A DNA stretch of 64,000 bases from Candidatus Latescibacterota bacterium (GTDB lineage Bacteria; Latescibacterota; UBA2968; UBA8231), in NCBI GenBank assembly GCA_965197905.1, contig CBDAOB010000005.1, positions 2,112,001 through 2,176,000 of the forward strand, given 5' to 3'. Under the pieces are notes generated by a model. The model worked only from the letters and a program-made list of their open reading frames with translations. It was not told the origin of the DNA and did no database searches. Positions 37,901 to 46,675 of the stretch are shown here, piece by piece. Each line of letters begins with the position of its first letter. Within the stretch, counting starts at the first letter, position 1. Both the position numbers and the translations under genes were made by a program.

Positions 37901-38017
37901 CTTACGATCGTGCACCCGGCATGGGATCCGATATTCGACCTGGATGCCGATGGCCGCATCAGCTTCGAGGACTTCTTTATCTTCGCGGAGCTTTTCCAGT
38001 CCAGCCAGGGAGGCTGA
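34802..38017 (+). CDS. Tandem cadherin/Ig-like repeat surface protein with PDTTGT linker and C-terminal dockerin/EF-hand pair; 5' end apparently missing
   Basis: VNDxP repeats; GDFSGDGTIGFDDCFLFADA...DLDADGRISFEDFFIFAELF; no signal peptide, so the start is uncertain. Confidence 0.8.
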   Translation: MRDRMPGGALRGRRSTAKPKHSNPLPSTTGPQEGLDGTTRVSPGTEVQVLRVALTGDGATSVSALRFTLSDLDSTTGLASDDLVELRLYESADSTLGSSDILLGSLSSSLMSLGSETTLTASAISTPGSNLERQYILTVLLDSTAVEGHGFKVGFDTGDLATSKGGRGFGIAASDSNRVLIDIVANKLRFSTQPAGSISGVPFTTQPVVMAIDSVSGFVDSDFADTVTVTTSKTGTLINNSTAATNGVATFSSLTYTTSIDDEKFNLVADDQAGGAEGNLASVDSDSLLSNVVNDVPVVDVPNLQMSEDDSIGFIAPIITIANDPDDAVLTFTFVSNGVEGKVVGDQIQITPVANYFGVDTLTVIATDSFGAQGMDTDIITVLAVNDPPVIVLSDSLTVAEDDTLLFNLPEVATDVDNSFDELIITINPSSGLQTNYDSTSGVLLAWAPPDSSGRFTLDLAARDLFGITDRDTVLIVVASINDAPVFSVPDTSVLQTDTLLIDLRSHTIDIDTFNSLSWQAQLHPDLGISIDANGLAQIVPTSDGGGTRSVIFSVVDQSITVSDTAIVTVVHVDQPPVLAVLPDTLFATGDTLSLNLQPFATDPDNAVDSLGWLVTGGTFVGAAIANDTLDLWALQDTAVVEVLQVIVTDPTGLSDTSSIQVELVVLPPLIGGIPDEEVEAGKILEIPLGPFLRSDVATVGAIPDSVFEVFINTSTRIATVDPVDDWKGTAAIVFTASTTDGGSESDTVMVTVANPAPVISPLPPVFIDSGTLAQLSLDVFVEDDEDLSNLTWTAFADPGVTAEILAEVRTLKITAESGFMGETRVALTVRDAQDAADSDTLIVTVQAPIDTSPPDHPPDTTGTTPDTTGTMPDTTGTMPDTTGTMPDTTGTMPDTTGTTPDTTGTTPDTTVIENQVPIIREIPALSLQPGRIAEVVLDQFAQDDGPFTELTWSSSVSPAGVVQVGINEARVASVTAIQDSGEAQIIFTVTDAQGASANATVDASITPIAAGDFSGDGTIGFDDCFLFADALGLTIVHPAWDPIFDLDADGRISFEDFFIFAELFQSSQGG
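37376..37534 (+). repeat. 21-bp tandem repeat, about 7.5 copies, encoding PDTTGT(T/M)
   Basis: Unit ccggatacMaccggSaccaYg read directly. Confidence 0.95.
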
Positions 38018-38047
38018 AACCTCCCCGCCACCTGCGGTGTCCGGTCG

Positions 38048-38824
38048 CTACCTGGCGCAGCGAAACCCGAGGCTGTTGTCGCGGTAGTCGGGCGGAGCGA
38101 AGCTGCGGTTTGCGGAGCGCAAAACATAGATGCTATTATTCCACGCTCCTCCGCGGAATACGCGGTCAGTACCTTTGTCGGGACCGGCCGGATTCTTGGC
38201 CGGACTGGTTTTGTAATACTTGGCCCCGTACCAATCGGCACACCATTCCCAGACGTTTCCCGCCATGTCCAGCGCGCCGTAGACGCTGGCGCCTAGAGGA
38301 AAACTGCCCACCGGCGCGGTGGTGGCATGTTTGTCCTGCTCGCCCATAACGTTGGCGATATCCGCGTTCAGATCGATCTTCTCCTCTGTCTCGGAGTCCC
38401 AGGGAAACGTGCGGGCTTCGACGCCGCGGGCGGCTTTCTCCCACTCGGCTTCCGTGGGAAGCCGCTTCCCCTTCGACTTACAGTAAGCGGCGGCCTCCGT
38501 CCAGTCGACGTTGACCACAGGATCTTTCGGCCTCCAGCCCCAGGCCGGAGTGGTCGGCATCTTTCCACCGGCCGCTTTGACAAAGGCATCGTACTCAGCC
38601 ACGGTGACCTCGAATTTGTCGATGGCAAACCCATCCAGGTCAACATTGTGAGCCGGTCCGGCGTTCAAGAGATTCGGATCTCCCATAGTGAACTCGCCGG
38701 CAGGAACCTCTACCATCCCCTGCGGCGGTGCCTGAGCCTCTTCCTCGCCAGCAAGCTGGTTGACTGTCAAACCGAGCAATAGTGCCACTGCCATGCCACG
38801 GGATCCGGTTGCTATCGACGTCAT
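38048..38824 (-). CDS. Formylglycine-generating enzyme (SUMF1/FGE-sulfatase) domain protein, exported
   Basis: RLPTEAEWEKAARG, DMAGNVWEW, RGGAW and GFRC motifs; signal peptide. Confidence 0.9.
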   Translation of the reverse strand: MTSIATGSRGMAVALLLGLTVNQLAGEEEAQAPPQGMVEVPAGEFTMGDPNLLNAGPAHNVDLDGFAIDKFEVTVAEYDAFVKAAGGKMPTTPAWGWRPKDPVVNVDWTEAAAYCKSKGKRLPTEAEWEKAARGVEARTFPWDSETEEKIDLNADIANVMGEQDKHATTAPVGSFPLGASVYGALDMAGNVWEWCADWYGAKYYKTSPAKNPAGPDKGTDRVFRGGAWNNSIYVLRSANRSFAPPDYRDNSLGFRCAR

Positions 38825-38849
38825 CTTTCCCTCGCTTTCGTCGGTTAAC

Positions 38850-39598
38850 TCATTCCCAGACGATAATCTCTATTCGCCTGTTCAACGCTTTGTTCTCGGG
38901 TGAAACGTTCTCTACGATCGGGTGCTCTTCTCCATATCCGATCGACTCCACCATTCCCTGAGTTATGAATTCGTAACTCTGAACGAGTGATTCGCGAACG
39001 ATAGTGGAACGATCTTCCGACAGTTTCTGGTTGTAGTCTCGCGAGCCGTCGGAGTCGGTATGCCCCTCTATGACGAGCTTCGTGGGAGTGAACATGCGCA
39101 CGAAATCCGCGACCTTTTGAAGTTCCTGAGCCGCCCCGGGCTTGAGCCCGGAACGCCCCGAGTCGAACAGTACCCCCGAGTCGATGATAAGTCGAGGCAC
39201 GACCACATCGCCTTTGAGGGCGGTGCGATACCTGATGATCGGCTCCTCCATCGCCACCCTGTTCGGAAAAAGGCACCGCTCGCGGATCCGGTTTGAGAAA
39301 CCTTGATCTTCATCGTTCCAATGAAGATCCGTATGGGCGGCACCTTCGGCCCCAGGATATACTTTTCCCTGTAGACATTCAAAACATCGCCGCGGTGTAT
39401 GTTCGCTTCCCGGCCCTTGTCGATGTAGTAGCTCTTCTTGTCGGACAGACTGTCGGGCAGATCACCCGGATTTGCTTTGTGGATGACTTGAATGATGCGT
39501 GGAGGATTGTATTGCGCCCACGACACCCGGGTGTTCACGCCCCAAGAAAGGGCGAGGATGACGGCCAGAAAAGAAAGAGTCAACGATTCCTTGAGCAT
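38850..39598 (-). pseudogene. OmpA-family protein split by a 1-nt deletion in a homopolymer
   Basis: C-part has IEGHTD, NQKLSEDR and NRRIEI; N-part MLKESLTLSFLAVILAL; adding one base at 39267..39271 gives a 250-codon ORF. Confidence 0.8.
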
Positions 39599-39785
39599 CG
39601 ATGGATTGGGTGTGGCACGGTGTTGACGAAATGCGGGCATGATATTCGGCCTCACGGTTTATTTAATAATATCGGCCAAAACCTAACGCAAGTACATTCT
39701 CCCGCGCATCCATTTGTTTCCGCTGACGCGATATGCTTAGATTTGGCGATTGGCCAGAAAATTCACCAATGAATATTTTCGAGAA

Positions 39786-40841
39786 ATGAATCGGCTTCTT
39801 CGGTCTCCTATCCGCTTAGTCAGTCCACTGAGTGCTGTTCTTTCGGCGTTTGCGCTGGTATCTGCGGTGCAAACCGTTGCACAGCACCAACCTCCGACCC
39901 CGGTGGTGGTTGCAACGATTCAACAGCGGGCGCTCGGGGACCAGTTCAACACCGTCGGGACCGTGCATCCCAGGCGATTCAGCAATGTCGCCAGCGAATC
40001 CGAAGGACGTGTTTCCGAGCGGTATCGAGATACCGGACAGGAAGTCGGGCGGGGCGGGGCGCTGATACGGCTCGACAATCCACGCTACGAAGCCGCGATT
40101 TTGGAAGCCCTTGCGGACGAGAAACTTCGAAGCTTCAACCTCGAGCGGGCGACTGCCCTGTTTCGCGACGAAGCGACATCGGAACAGGCCTTGCGTGATG
40201 CAGAGTACGAGCGGGATCGAGCCAAATCCAAACTCAGAGACTACAACAGTCGCTTGCGGGCGTTGACCGTTCGCTCCCCCTTCAGCGGCCACGTGGTCCA
40301 GGTTCTGGTCGAACTCGGAGAATGGGTAAATCGGGGCGACAGCGTCGCCCAGATCGTTGCCACCGACACGGTCCGTATTCATGCCGAGGTACCGGAGAAA
40401 TATGTGAACCGTATTCGCCTGGGAAGTCGGGTGGATATCGTGTTGGACGCTCTCGCTTCGGGAGCAAAAAGGTATGGCTATGTGGTGGCAGTGGCCCCCG
40501 ACGGACGTTCCGAATCGCACACCTTCCCGGTCGTCGTCGAGGTCCTGAACCCCGAGCACCGAATCCGCAGCAGAATGACCGCGCGCCTCAGATTCGACTT
40601 CGACGACAGCGGCCCAATGCTGATGGTACACAAGGATGCGGTCGTCAACGGCGCTGGGGGGGCCGTCGTTTATCTCGCCGCCGATGGCAGGGCGGTAGCC
40701 ACCCCCCTCACTCTGGGCCTTAGGCACAACGATTTGATCGCCGTGGAAGGCAAGCTGAAGGCCGGGGACCTTGCCATCATCAGGGGCAACGAACGCCTCC
40801 GGGATGGTCAACCCATCCGCATAACCCGCAAACACCAGTGA
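39786..40841 (+). CDS. RND efflux periplasmic adaptor subunit
   Basis: N-terminal anchor; VRSPFSG...GEWV; GDLAIIRGNERLRDGQ. Confidence 0.9.
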   Translation: MNRLLRSPIRLVSPLSAVLSAFALVSAVQTVAQHQPPTPVVVATIQQRALGDQFNTVGTVHPRRFSNVASESEGRVSERYRDTGQEVGRGGALIRLDNPRYEAAILEALADEKLRSFNLERATALFRDEATSEQALRDAEYERDRAKSKLRDYNSRLRALTVRSPFSGHVVQVLVELGEWVNRGDSVAQIVATDTVRIHAEVPEKYVNRIRLGSRVDIVLDALASGAKRYGYVVAVAPDGRSESHTFPVVVEVLNPEHRIRSRMTARLRFDFDDSGPMLMVHKDAVVNGAGGAVVYLAADGRAVATPLTLGLRHNDLIAVEGKLKAGDLAIIRGNERLRDGQPIRITRKHQ

Positions 40842-40842
40842 C

Positions 40843-43800
40843 ATGACGCTAGTCGACACGTCGCTGCGTCGACCGGTAAGTGTTGTAGTTGGCGTTCTGT
40901 TCATAGTACTGTTCGGACTCATATCCCTCTTTCGCATACCGGTGCAACTGACACCGGACGTGGATCGACCGGTAATATCGGTGACCACGGCCTGGCCCGG
41001 CGCGGCCCCTCAGGAGATCGAGCAGGAGATCGTCCAGCGGCAGGAGGATGAGCTCAAGAGCATCGAGGGACTCGTCAAGATGACCAGCGAGAGCTCAGAC
41101 AGCCGTGGTGTTGTTCGTCTCGAATTCAATGTCGGCGTCGACCTAGACGGAACCTTGCTTCGAGTATCGAACAAGCTGAATCAGGTCACCGGTTATCCTG
41201 CCGATGCGGAGAGACCAGGTCTCTCAACGGGAGGGGGAGGGGCCTCGGGGGCCATCACCTGGCTCATTCTCGACGCCGTGCCGGGAGCTGATCTGGATGT
41301 GGAAACCTACAGAGATTTTGCCGAACAGGTCGTAAAGACCGCAATAGAACGGGTCCCTGGCGTCTCCGAGAGCAATGTCTACGGTGGGTTCGAGCGGGAA
41401 CTTCAGGTGATTGTCGATCCTGGGGCCCTGGCGGCCCGACAGATCTCCGTTTCCGATCTGATGGGCGCCTTGAGACGTGAAAACGTCAATATCAGCGCCG
41501 GCGCGTTCGACGAAGGTAAACGGCGCTACACCGTCCGCACCGTGGGACAGTACAAGGATCCCAGCGACCTGGAAGCAGTGGCCGTCCGCTCGCGGGATGG
41601 CGATCGCATTCTGATCGGCGACATCGCCCGGGTGCACCTCGGGTTTAAACGGGCGCGAGCCACCGTGCGCGTAAAGGGGCGGGAGGCGATCGCCATCAAT
41701 GCTACCCGCGAAACGGGGGCCAATGTGCTGGAGGTCATGGAGGGTATCCGCCAAACGCTCCGCCATCTCAATGTCGGGATTCTAGCACGCGAGCGGCTGA
41801 CACTCACCCAGGTTTATGATGAAACCGAGTACATCACCAGCGCCATCGGCCTCGTGCGCAACAACATTGTTGTCGGCGGACTCCTGGCGACAGTGGTTCT
41901 GCTGTTGTTTCTGCGCAGCGCTAGCAGCGTTCTGATCATCGCCACGGCGATTCCGATCTCCATCATTGGCACCTTTCTCACTATGACTCTGCTGGGTCGC
42001 AACATCAATGTCATAAGCCTCGCGGGCATGAGTTTTGCGGTCGGCATGGTGGTGGACAACGCCATTGTCGCCCTGGAAAATGTCTTCCGCCACAGACAGA
42101 TGGGGAAATCCCGCTTTCAGGCCGCATCGCAAGGCATTGCCGAGGTTTGGGGCGCACTTCTCGCCAGCACCCTCACCACCGTTGCCATCTTTCTGCCCAT
42201 AGTCTTCGTGGAAGACGTGGCGGGTCAGCTATTCCGCGACATTGCAATCGCCGTAGCCAGCTCCGTCACCTTGAGCCTGGTCGTCTCGATTACCGTTATC
42301 CCGATGATGTCACGTCACCTGCTTCGGGTTCGCGAAGACACCGACGCTCAGGAGCGCAAGGTCAGCCGCCTAGATCTTATCGGGGAGCAGATTCGCACCT
42401 GGATCGCAGAAACCATCTACCGCATGAGCGGGAGCACGGCCGTGAGATTGATGGTTGCGGTCGTCCTCATCGGCAGTTCGGTTCTGGTCACCTGGACGCT
42501 GCTGCCGAAAGCGGAGTACCTGCCGACCGGAAATCGCAATCTAATATTTTGCATCCTCCTTCCTCCGCCAGGGTACAATCTCGACGAGTTGATCAGCGTA
42601 GGTCAGGAAATCGAGGAGATCTTGAGGCCGCGATGGGAGGCGGAGCCCGGAAGCCCCGAGGCAGAAGCGCTCCAGAACCTGCTCATCGAACGCATCTTCT
42701 ACGTGGCCTTCGGCCGCACTGCCTTCATGGGTGTAATTGCCAGAGAGCCCGAGTCGGTTCGCGATCTTATCCCGGTAATCCAACAGCCGCTGTTTGGCAT
42801 TCCCGGAATGTTTGCCATCGTGACCCAGTCCAGCTTGTTTCGAGGGGTCGGTGGCGGACGATCCATCGACCTGGAGATTTCCGGGCCAGACCTAGAGCAT
42901 CTAGTGGCTCTGGGAGGTCAAATCTTCGGTCAGGTTATTGCAGTGGTCGAGGGTGCTCAGACCCGCCCGATCCCGAGCCTGGATTTGGGCAATCCCGAGG
43001 TGAGGATCGTGCCAGACAGGATCCGGGCGGCCGATCTGGGTTTATCCGCCCAGGATATCGGTGTCGCCATTAACGCGCTGATCGATGGGGCCCTGGTGGA
43101 CGGATTCCAGTTCGAGGGCGAGGAGATAGACCTGACGCTACGGGGCAGCGACGATTGGATACGCACCGAGGAGATTGGCGAATTGGCCATCTTCACGCCG
43201 CGGGGCCGATCGATTCCCCTGAGCGCTGTGGCCGACGTAGAGGTTACCTCGGGCCCGGAGCAGATCAATCACGTCGAGCGCGACCGGGCCATTACCTTGA
43301 GGATTATTCCGCCCGAATCGATGGCTCTCGAGAGCGCACTTGGAAAGATACGAACCGAGATTATCGAACCGTTGAGGAACAGCGGTCAAATCGCTCCGCC
43401 ATACGATCTCAACCTCTCGGGCACCGCGGACGACCTGCGCCGCACTCGCCAGGCGTTGCAGTGGAACCTTCTTCTGGCCATGGTTATCACCTATTTGCTG
43501 ATGGCCGCCCTCTTCGAAAACTTCCTCTACCCTTTCGTGATCATGCTCAGCGTGCCGCCGGCAGCTGCCGGCGGCATACTCGGTCTCGTCGCCGTCAATC
43601 TTCTTATCGGTTATCAAACCTTCGATATCCTCACGATGCTGGGTTTTGTCATTTTGATCGGGGTCGTTGTCAACAATGCAATCCTGATCGTACACCAGAC
43701 CCTGAATATTCTGCGAACTACCGATCTCGATCCGAGAAAAGCTATTCGGACCGCCGTGGCGAGCCGGGTACGACCGATCTTCATGTCGGTGGTAACTAGC

Positions 43801-44004
43801 GTCTTCGGCATGTGTCCACTCGTGCTGTTTCCCGGCGCCGGTTCTGAACTCTACCGGGGTCTGGGTAGCGTCGTTATCGGAGGGCTTCTTGTTTCCACCG
43901 TGTTCACCCTCTTTCTCGTTCCTACCTTTCTCAGCCTGGCAATGGACGCGCGCATTTGGCTGCGGGGTTTCGCCGTGGAAGCCTCAGGAGGATCCGCCGA
44001 ATGA
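40843..44004 (+). CDS. RND efflux permease (AcrB/AcrD/AcrF family)
   Basis: 1053 aa; GMVVDNAIV, GVVVNNAIL and RVRPIFM motifs. Confidence 0.95.
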   Translation: MTLVDTSLRRPVSVVVGVLFIVLFGLISLFRIPVQLTPDVDRPVISVTTAWPGAAPQEIEQEIVQRQEDELKSIEGLVKMTSESSDSRGVVRLEFNVGVDLDGTLLRVSNKLNQVTGYPADAERPGLSTGGGGASGAITWLILDAVPGADLDVETYRDFAEQVVKTAIERVPGVSESNVYGGFERELQVIVDPGALAARQISVSDLMGALRRENVNISAGAFDEGKRRYTVRTVGQYKDPSDLEAVAVRSRDGDRILIGDIARVHLGFKRARATVRVKGREAIAINATRETGANVLEVMEGIRQTLRHLNVGILARERLTLTQVYDETEYITSAIGLVRNNIVVGGLLATVVLLLFLRSASSVLIIATAIPISIIGTFLTMTLLGRNINVISLAGMSFAVGMVVDNAIVALENVFRHRQMGKSRFQAASQGIAEVWGALLASTLTTVAIFLPIVFVEDVAGQLFRDIAIAVASSVTLSLVVSITVIPMMSRHLLRVREDTDAQERKVSRLDLIGEQIRTWIAETIYRMSGSTAVRLMVAVVLIGSSVLVTWTLLPKAEYLPTGNRNLIFCILLPPPGYNLDELISVGQEIEEILRPRWEAEPGSPEAEALQNLLIERIFYVAFGRTAFMGVIAREPESVRDLIPVIQQPLFGIPGMFAIVTQSSLFRGVGGGRSIDLEISGPDLEHLVALGGQIFGQVIAVVEGAQTRPIPSLDLGNPEVRIVPDRIRAADLGLSAQDIGVAINALIDGALVDGFQFEGEEIDLTLRGSDDWIRTEEIGELAIFTPRGRSIPLSAVADVEVTSGPEQINHVERDRAITLRIIPPESMALESALGKIRTEIIEPLRNSGQIAPPYDLNLSGTADDLRRTRQALQWNLLLAMVITYLLMAALFENFLYPFVIMLSVPPAAAGGILGLVAVNLLIGYQTFDILTMLGFVILIGVVVNNAILIVHQTLNILRTTDLDPRKAIRTAVASRVRPIFMSVVTSVFGMCPLVLFPGAGSELYRGLGSVVIGGLLVSTVFTLFLVPTFLSLAMDARIWLRGFAVEASGGSAE

Positions 44005-44104
44005 AGGGCTGCAGTCGGGGGCTGGACCTGCCGATACAGTAAGAGATGACGTCGGGATCTTCGCGAACCTGGCGCCATTTCAAAGACACGGATGTCGGTC
44101 GGAT

Positions 44105-44131
44105 ACCCCACAGGGACGTGGGGTTTTTTTT
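44105..44131 (+). terminator. Intrinsic terminator after the RND operon
   Basis: ACCCCAC-AGGGAC-GTGGGGT hairpin followed by a T run. Confidence 0.75.
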
Positions 44132-44196
44132 AGTTTTTCCGACCTCCTCTTCGAACTATATTTTCAACGACCCCTTGGAATCCCTTCGTCGATCGC

Positions 44197-44985
44197 ATGC
44201 GAGAAGAGCTCAAGATTTGTATGGAGGCCTGCCGTGCCGCGGGCGAAATTCTGTTGAGGTACTACGGCGGCAATTATGACCTAAGCGACAAAGGGGAAGG
44301 CAATCCCGTAACCAGTGCCGATCTTGAAGCTGATGCCTGCCTGAAGAAAATCCTTCTGGGTGCTTATCCGGAATACGGCTGGCTGTCCGAGGAAACGGCC
44401 GATGATGCCCGGCGCCTCCAGAAACAGCGGGTGTGGATCGTGGATCCAATGGACGGGACGAAGGAGTTCGTGCAGCAGATCCCCGAGTTCGCCGTTTCCA
44501 TCGCCCTGGTCGAGGGTGGGATTCCCGTGGTAGGTGCGATATTCAATCCGGCTGCCGCAGAGCTGCTCGTAGCCACGGAGGGAGGAGGAACCTTTCTGAA
44601 CGGGAAAAGGGTCTACTGCACCGAATCGAACCATTTGACGGATGCCACCTTGATCGTCAGCCGCAGCGAAGAAAAGCGGGGAGAGGTCGCGCCGTTTCAA
44701 GACAAAGTCGGCGAGGTCAAGGCGGTTGGAAGTGTCGCTTACAAGCTGGCCCAGGTCGCCGCCGGCATGGGCGACCTCAATGTGAGCGCACAGCCGAAAA
44801 ACGAGTGGGATGTGTGTGCGGGAGATCTGCTGGTGCGCGAGGCCGGCGGAGAGATGCTCGACCTAGAGGGGTGCGTCCGCCTATACAACCAAAGCGATCC
44901 GTTGATTCGAGGCGGGCTCGTCGCCGGCAATCGGCAGATCTGTGACGCGATGTTGGACCTGGTGCAGGCTAGGTCTCAGAGGTAA
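44197..44985 (+). CDS. cysQ: 3'(2'),5'-bisphosphate nucleotidase CysQ / inositol monophosphatase family
   Basis: PVTSAD, LSEE, WIVDPMDGTKEF and EWDVCAG motifs. Confidence 0.8.
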   Translation: MREELKICMEACRAAGEILLRYYGGNYDLSDKGEGNPVTSADLEADACLKKILLGAYPEYGWLSEETADDARRLQKQRVWIVDPMDGTKEFVQQIPEFAVSIALVEGGIPVVGAIFNPAAAELLVATEGGGTFLNGKRVYCTESNHLTDATLIVSRSEEKRGEVAPFQDKVGEVKAVGSVAYKLAQVAAGMGDLNVSAQPKNEWDVCAGDLLVREAGGEMLDLEGCVRLYNQSDPLIRGGLVAGNRQICDAMLDLVQARSQR

Positions 44986-45658
44986 ACAGCTCGTAGACCT
45001 GGGTGACACCTCCAGGATCCTGCTCCCCCAGGTATTCTGCTATCGATCTTTCGTAGTCGGCGGTGTGTTTAAACGCCTTTTGCGCCAGACTGAATCGCTG
45101 CTCCAGACTTAGAAATCCTCGTCCCTCTTTTATGGCGGCAACCAGGTCCGGGTAATCGGCCGGATCGACCACGGCAGCGACCCGCAGGTAGTTCTTCGCC
45201 GCCGCCCGAATCATACATGGCCCGCCGATGTCGATGTTGGCCCTGGCGGTCTCGCAGGTTGCGGAGGCATCGGCGATGGCCTCCAAGAAGGGATACAGGT
45301 TTGCTATGACCATGTCGATGGGCGTCGCCCCGGTGCGCGCCAGATCCTCCTGGTGCGCGTCGTTGTAGCGTTCCGTCAGCAATCCCAGATAAATCTTGAA
45401 GTCGAGGGTTTTGACCAGCCCCCCGTGGGTCTCCGGCTGGCCGGTATAGTCGGACACCAAAGCGAGACGACCGGCAGCCTTTTCGCCAAGGATGTCGTTT
45501 AGCGCCGCAAATGTGCCTGACGTAGCAAAGATCTCGAGAGCGGGATTCGCCTCCAACAGATCAGGGACCAGAAGATCCAGCCCCGTTCTGTCGGAAACGC
45601 TGACAAGGACGCGGTCGATCCTCACGAGATCATCTGTATTACGAACAATGTTCACCAT
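44969..45658 (-). CDS. purH: Stand-alone IMP cyclohydrolase (PurH N-terminal MGS-like domain)
   Basis: LVSVSDRTGL, GGLVKTL, NLYPF, NIDIGGPCMIRAAAKN and AFKHTADY; no AICAR transformylase domain. Confidence 0.8.
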   Translation of the reverse strand: MVNIVRNTDDLVRIDRVLVSVSDRTGLDLLVPDLLEANPALEIFATSGTFAALNDILGEKAAGRLALVSDYTGQPETHGGLVKTLDFKIYLGLLTERYNDAHQEDLARTGATPIDMVIANLYPFLEAIADASATCETARANIDIGGPCMIRAAAKNYLRVAAVVDPADYPDLVAAIKEGRGFLSLEQRFSLAQKAFKHTADYERSIAEYLGEQDPGGVTQVYELFTSET

Positions 45659-45758
45659 GGTCTCTTCTCCAGGTTAAGCCCGTACCGATAACAAGACTTC
45701 ACGACAGGATAACCTCGCGACCCGCCTCCTAGGAAGACACACCGCGGCCAATTGTGAG

Positions 45759-45880
45759 CCCCCCTTTGTGCCGTACAGCCACATCTGCATATCCTCCCCC
45801 TCCGCGGGTGCATGGTAGGCGTTCGGCGTGGAGATATCTATGATCTGTCTGTCGGGATCGGCGACCAGCTCAGCCGCGTC
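45759..45880 (-). pseudogene. Relic of a Gfo/Idh/MocA oxidoreductase gene
   Basis: Translates ELVADPDRQIIDISTPNAYHAP fused to MQMWLYGTKGG; no upstream start. Confidence 0.55.
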
Positions 45881-45916
45881 GACCGCACGCGTGGCACGCA
45901 GGCCGTCGAAACGAAG

Positions 45917-46675
45917 CTAGATCTCCATAAACAGCTCTTGTTGCATCCATCCACCCAGACCGTTCGATAGTCGCACCAAAGCCCAATCTCCCTCGATGCG
46001 GTTGATCCTTACTTTTGTTCCCTCGTGAATGACCAGCACTTTGGTCTGTCTTTCATCCGGGCCGCTCCTGGCCGCTGCCTGAGAAACCACGATCACCGCC
46101 TCCCGAAGGTCTTCTTCGTACAGCGCCCTGCTGCCCAGCCACAAGCCACATGCCAACGTCATTACTGCCAACCCCCCAATCCCCAACCCCCGATGCGTTC
46201 CACCGGAGTCCGGCCGCCATATGTGCCAGATCCCCAGCGCGACAAGCAAGAGGAGAGCGGTGCTCAAGGTCACTGACAGCTCGTTCAGGGTAGGAAAGGA
46301 GAGCGCGTCCGCAAAGAATTCCCATACCGGATTCCCATGGGACTCCGGTTCCTGATCTTTCTTTACCCTGTTCAAGAAGCGAAGGTTGGCGACTATGTCG
46401 TCGTCCCGCGGATTGTGCTTGAGCGCGCGTTCGTACCATACGATCGCCTCGCCGATCTTGCCAACCTTGAAATGGGCGTTGCCCAGGTTGTAGAACAGCC
46501 GCCAGTCCCGAGATCCAGCACCGGCAGCCTGCAGATACTTTCCGAGCGCCTCCTCGAAACGGTTGGCGCGATAGAGAGCGTTGGCTTCGTTGTATAACCC
46601 GACACCCGCCGACTGCGGCCTAGCGACCTCGACGGTAGACAGCAGCATACCCCCAAGAAGCAACAACCTCAGCAT
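45917..46675 (-). CDS. batE: BatE-like TPR + SH3 protein
   Basis: YNLGNAHFK TPR; HEGTKV...GW SH3; TGATG coupling to batD. Confidence 0.85.
   Translation of the reverse strand: MLRLLLLGGMLLSTVEVARPQSAGVGLYNEANALYRANRFEEALGKYLQAAGAGSRDWRLFYNLGNAHFKVGKIGEAIVWYERALKHNPRDDDIVANLRFLNRVKKDQEPESHGNPVWEFFADALSFPTLNELSVTLSTALLLLVALGIWHIWRPDSGGTHRGLGIGGLAVMTLACGLWLGSRALYEEDLREAVIVVSQAAARSGPDERQTKVLVIHEGTKVRINRIEGDWALVRLSNGLGGWMQQELFMEI

Noticed and set aside
38048..38200. FGE C-terminus as a diversity-generating retroelement variable region
   Set aside because: No template repeat or reverse transcriptase was seen in the window
45659..45760. ZMP/ZTP riboswitch upstream of the purH-like gene
   Set aside because: The conserved ZTP aptamer motifs were not found
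45674..45919. TAG readthrough extending BatE
   Set aside because: BatE is complete at its SH3 domain; the in-frame downstream stretch is an unrelated oxidoreductase relic
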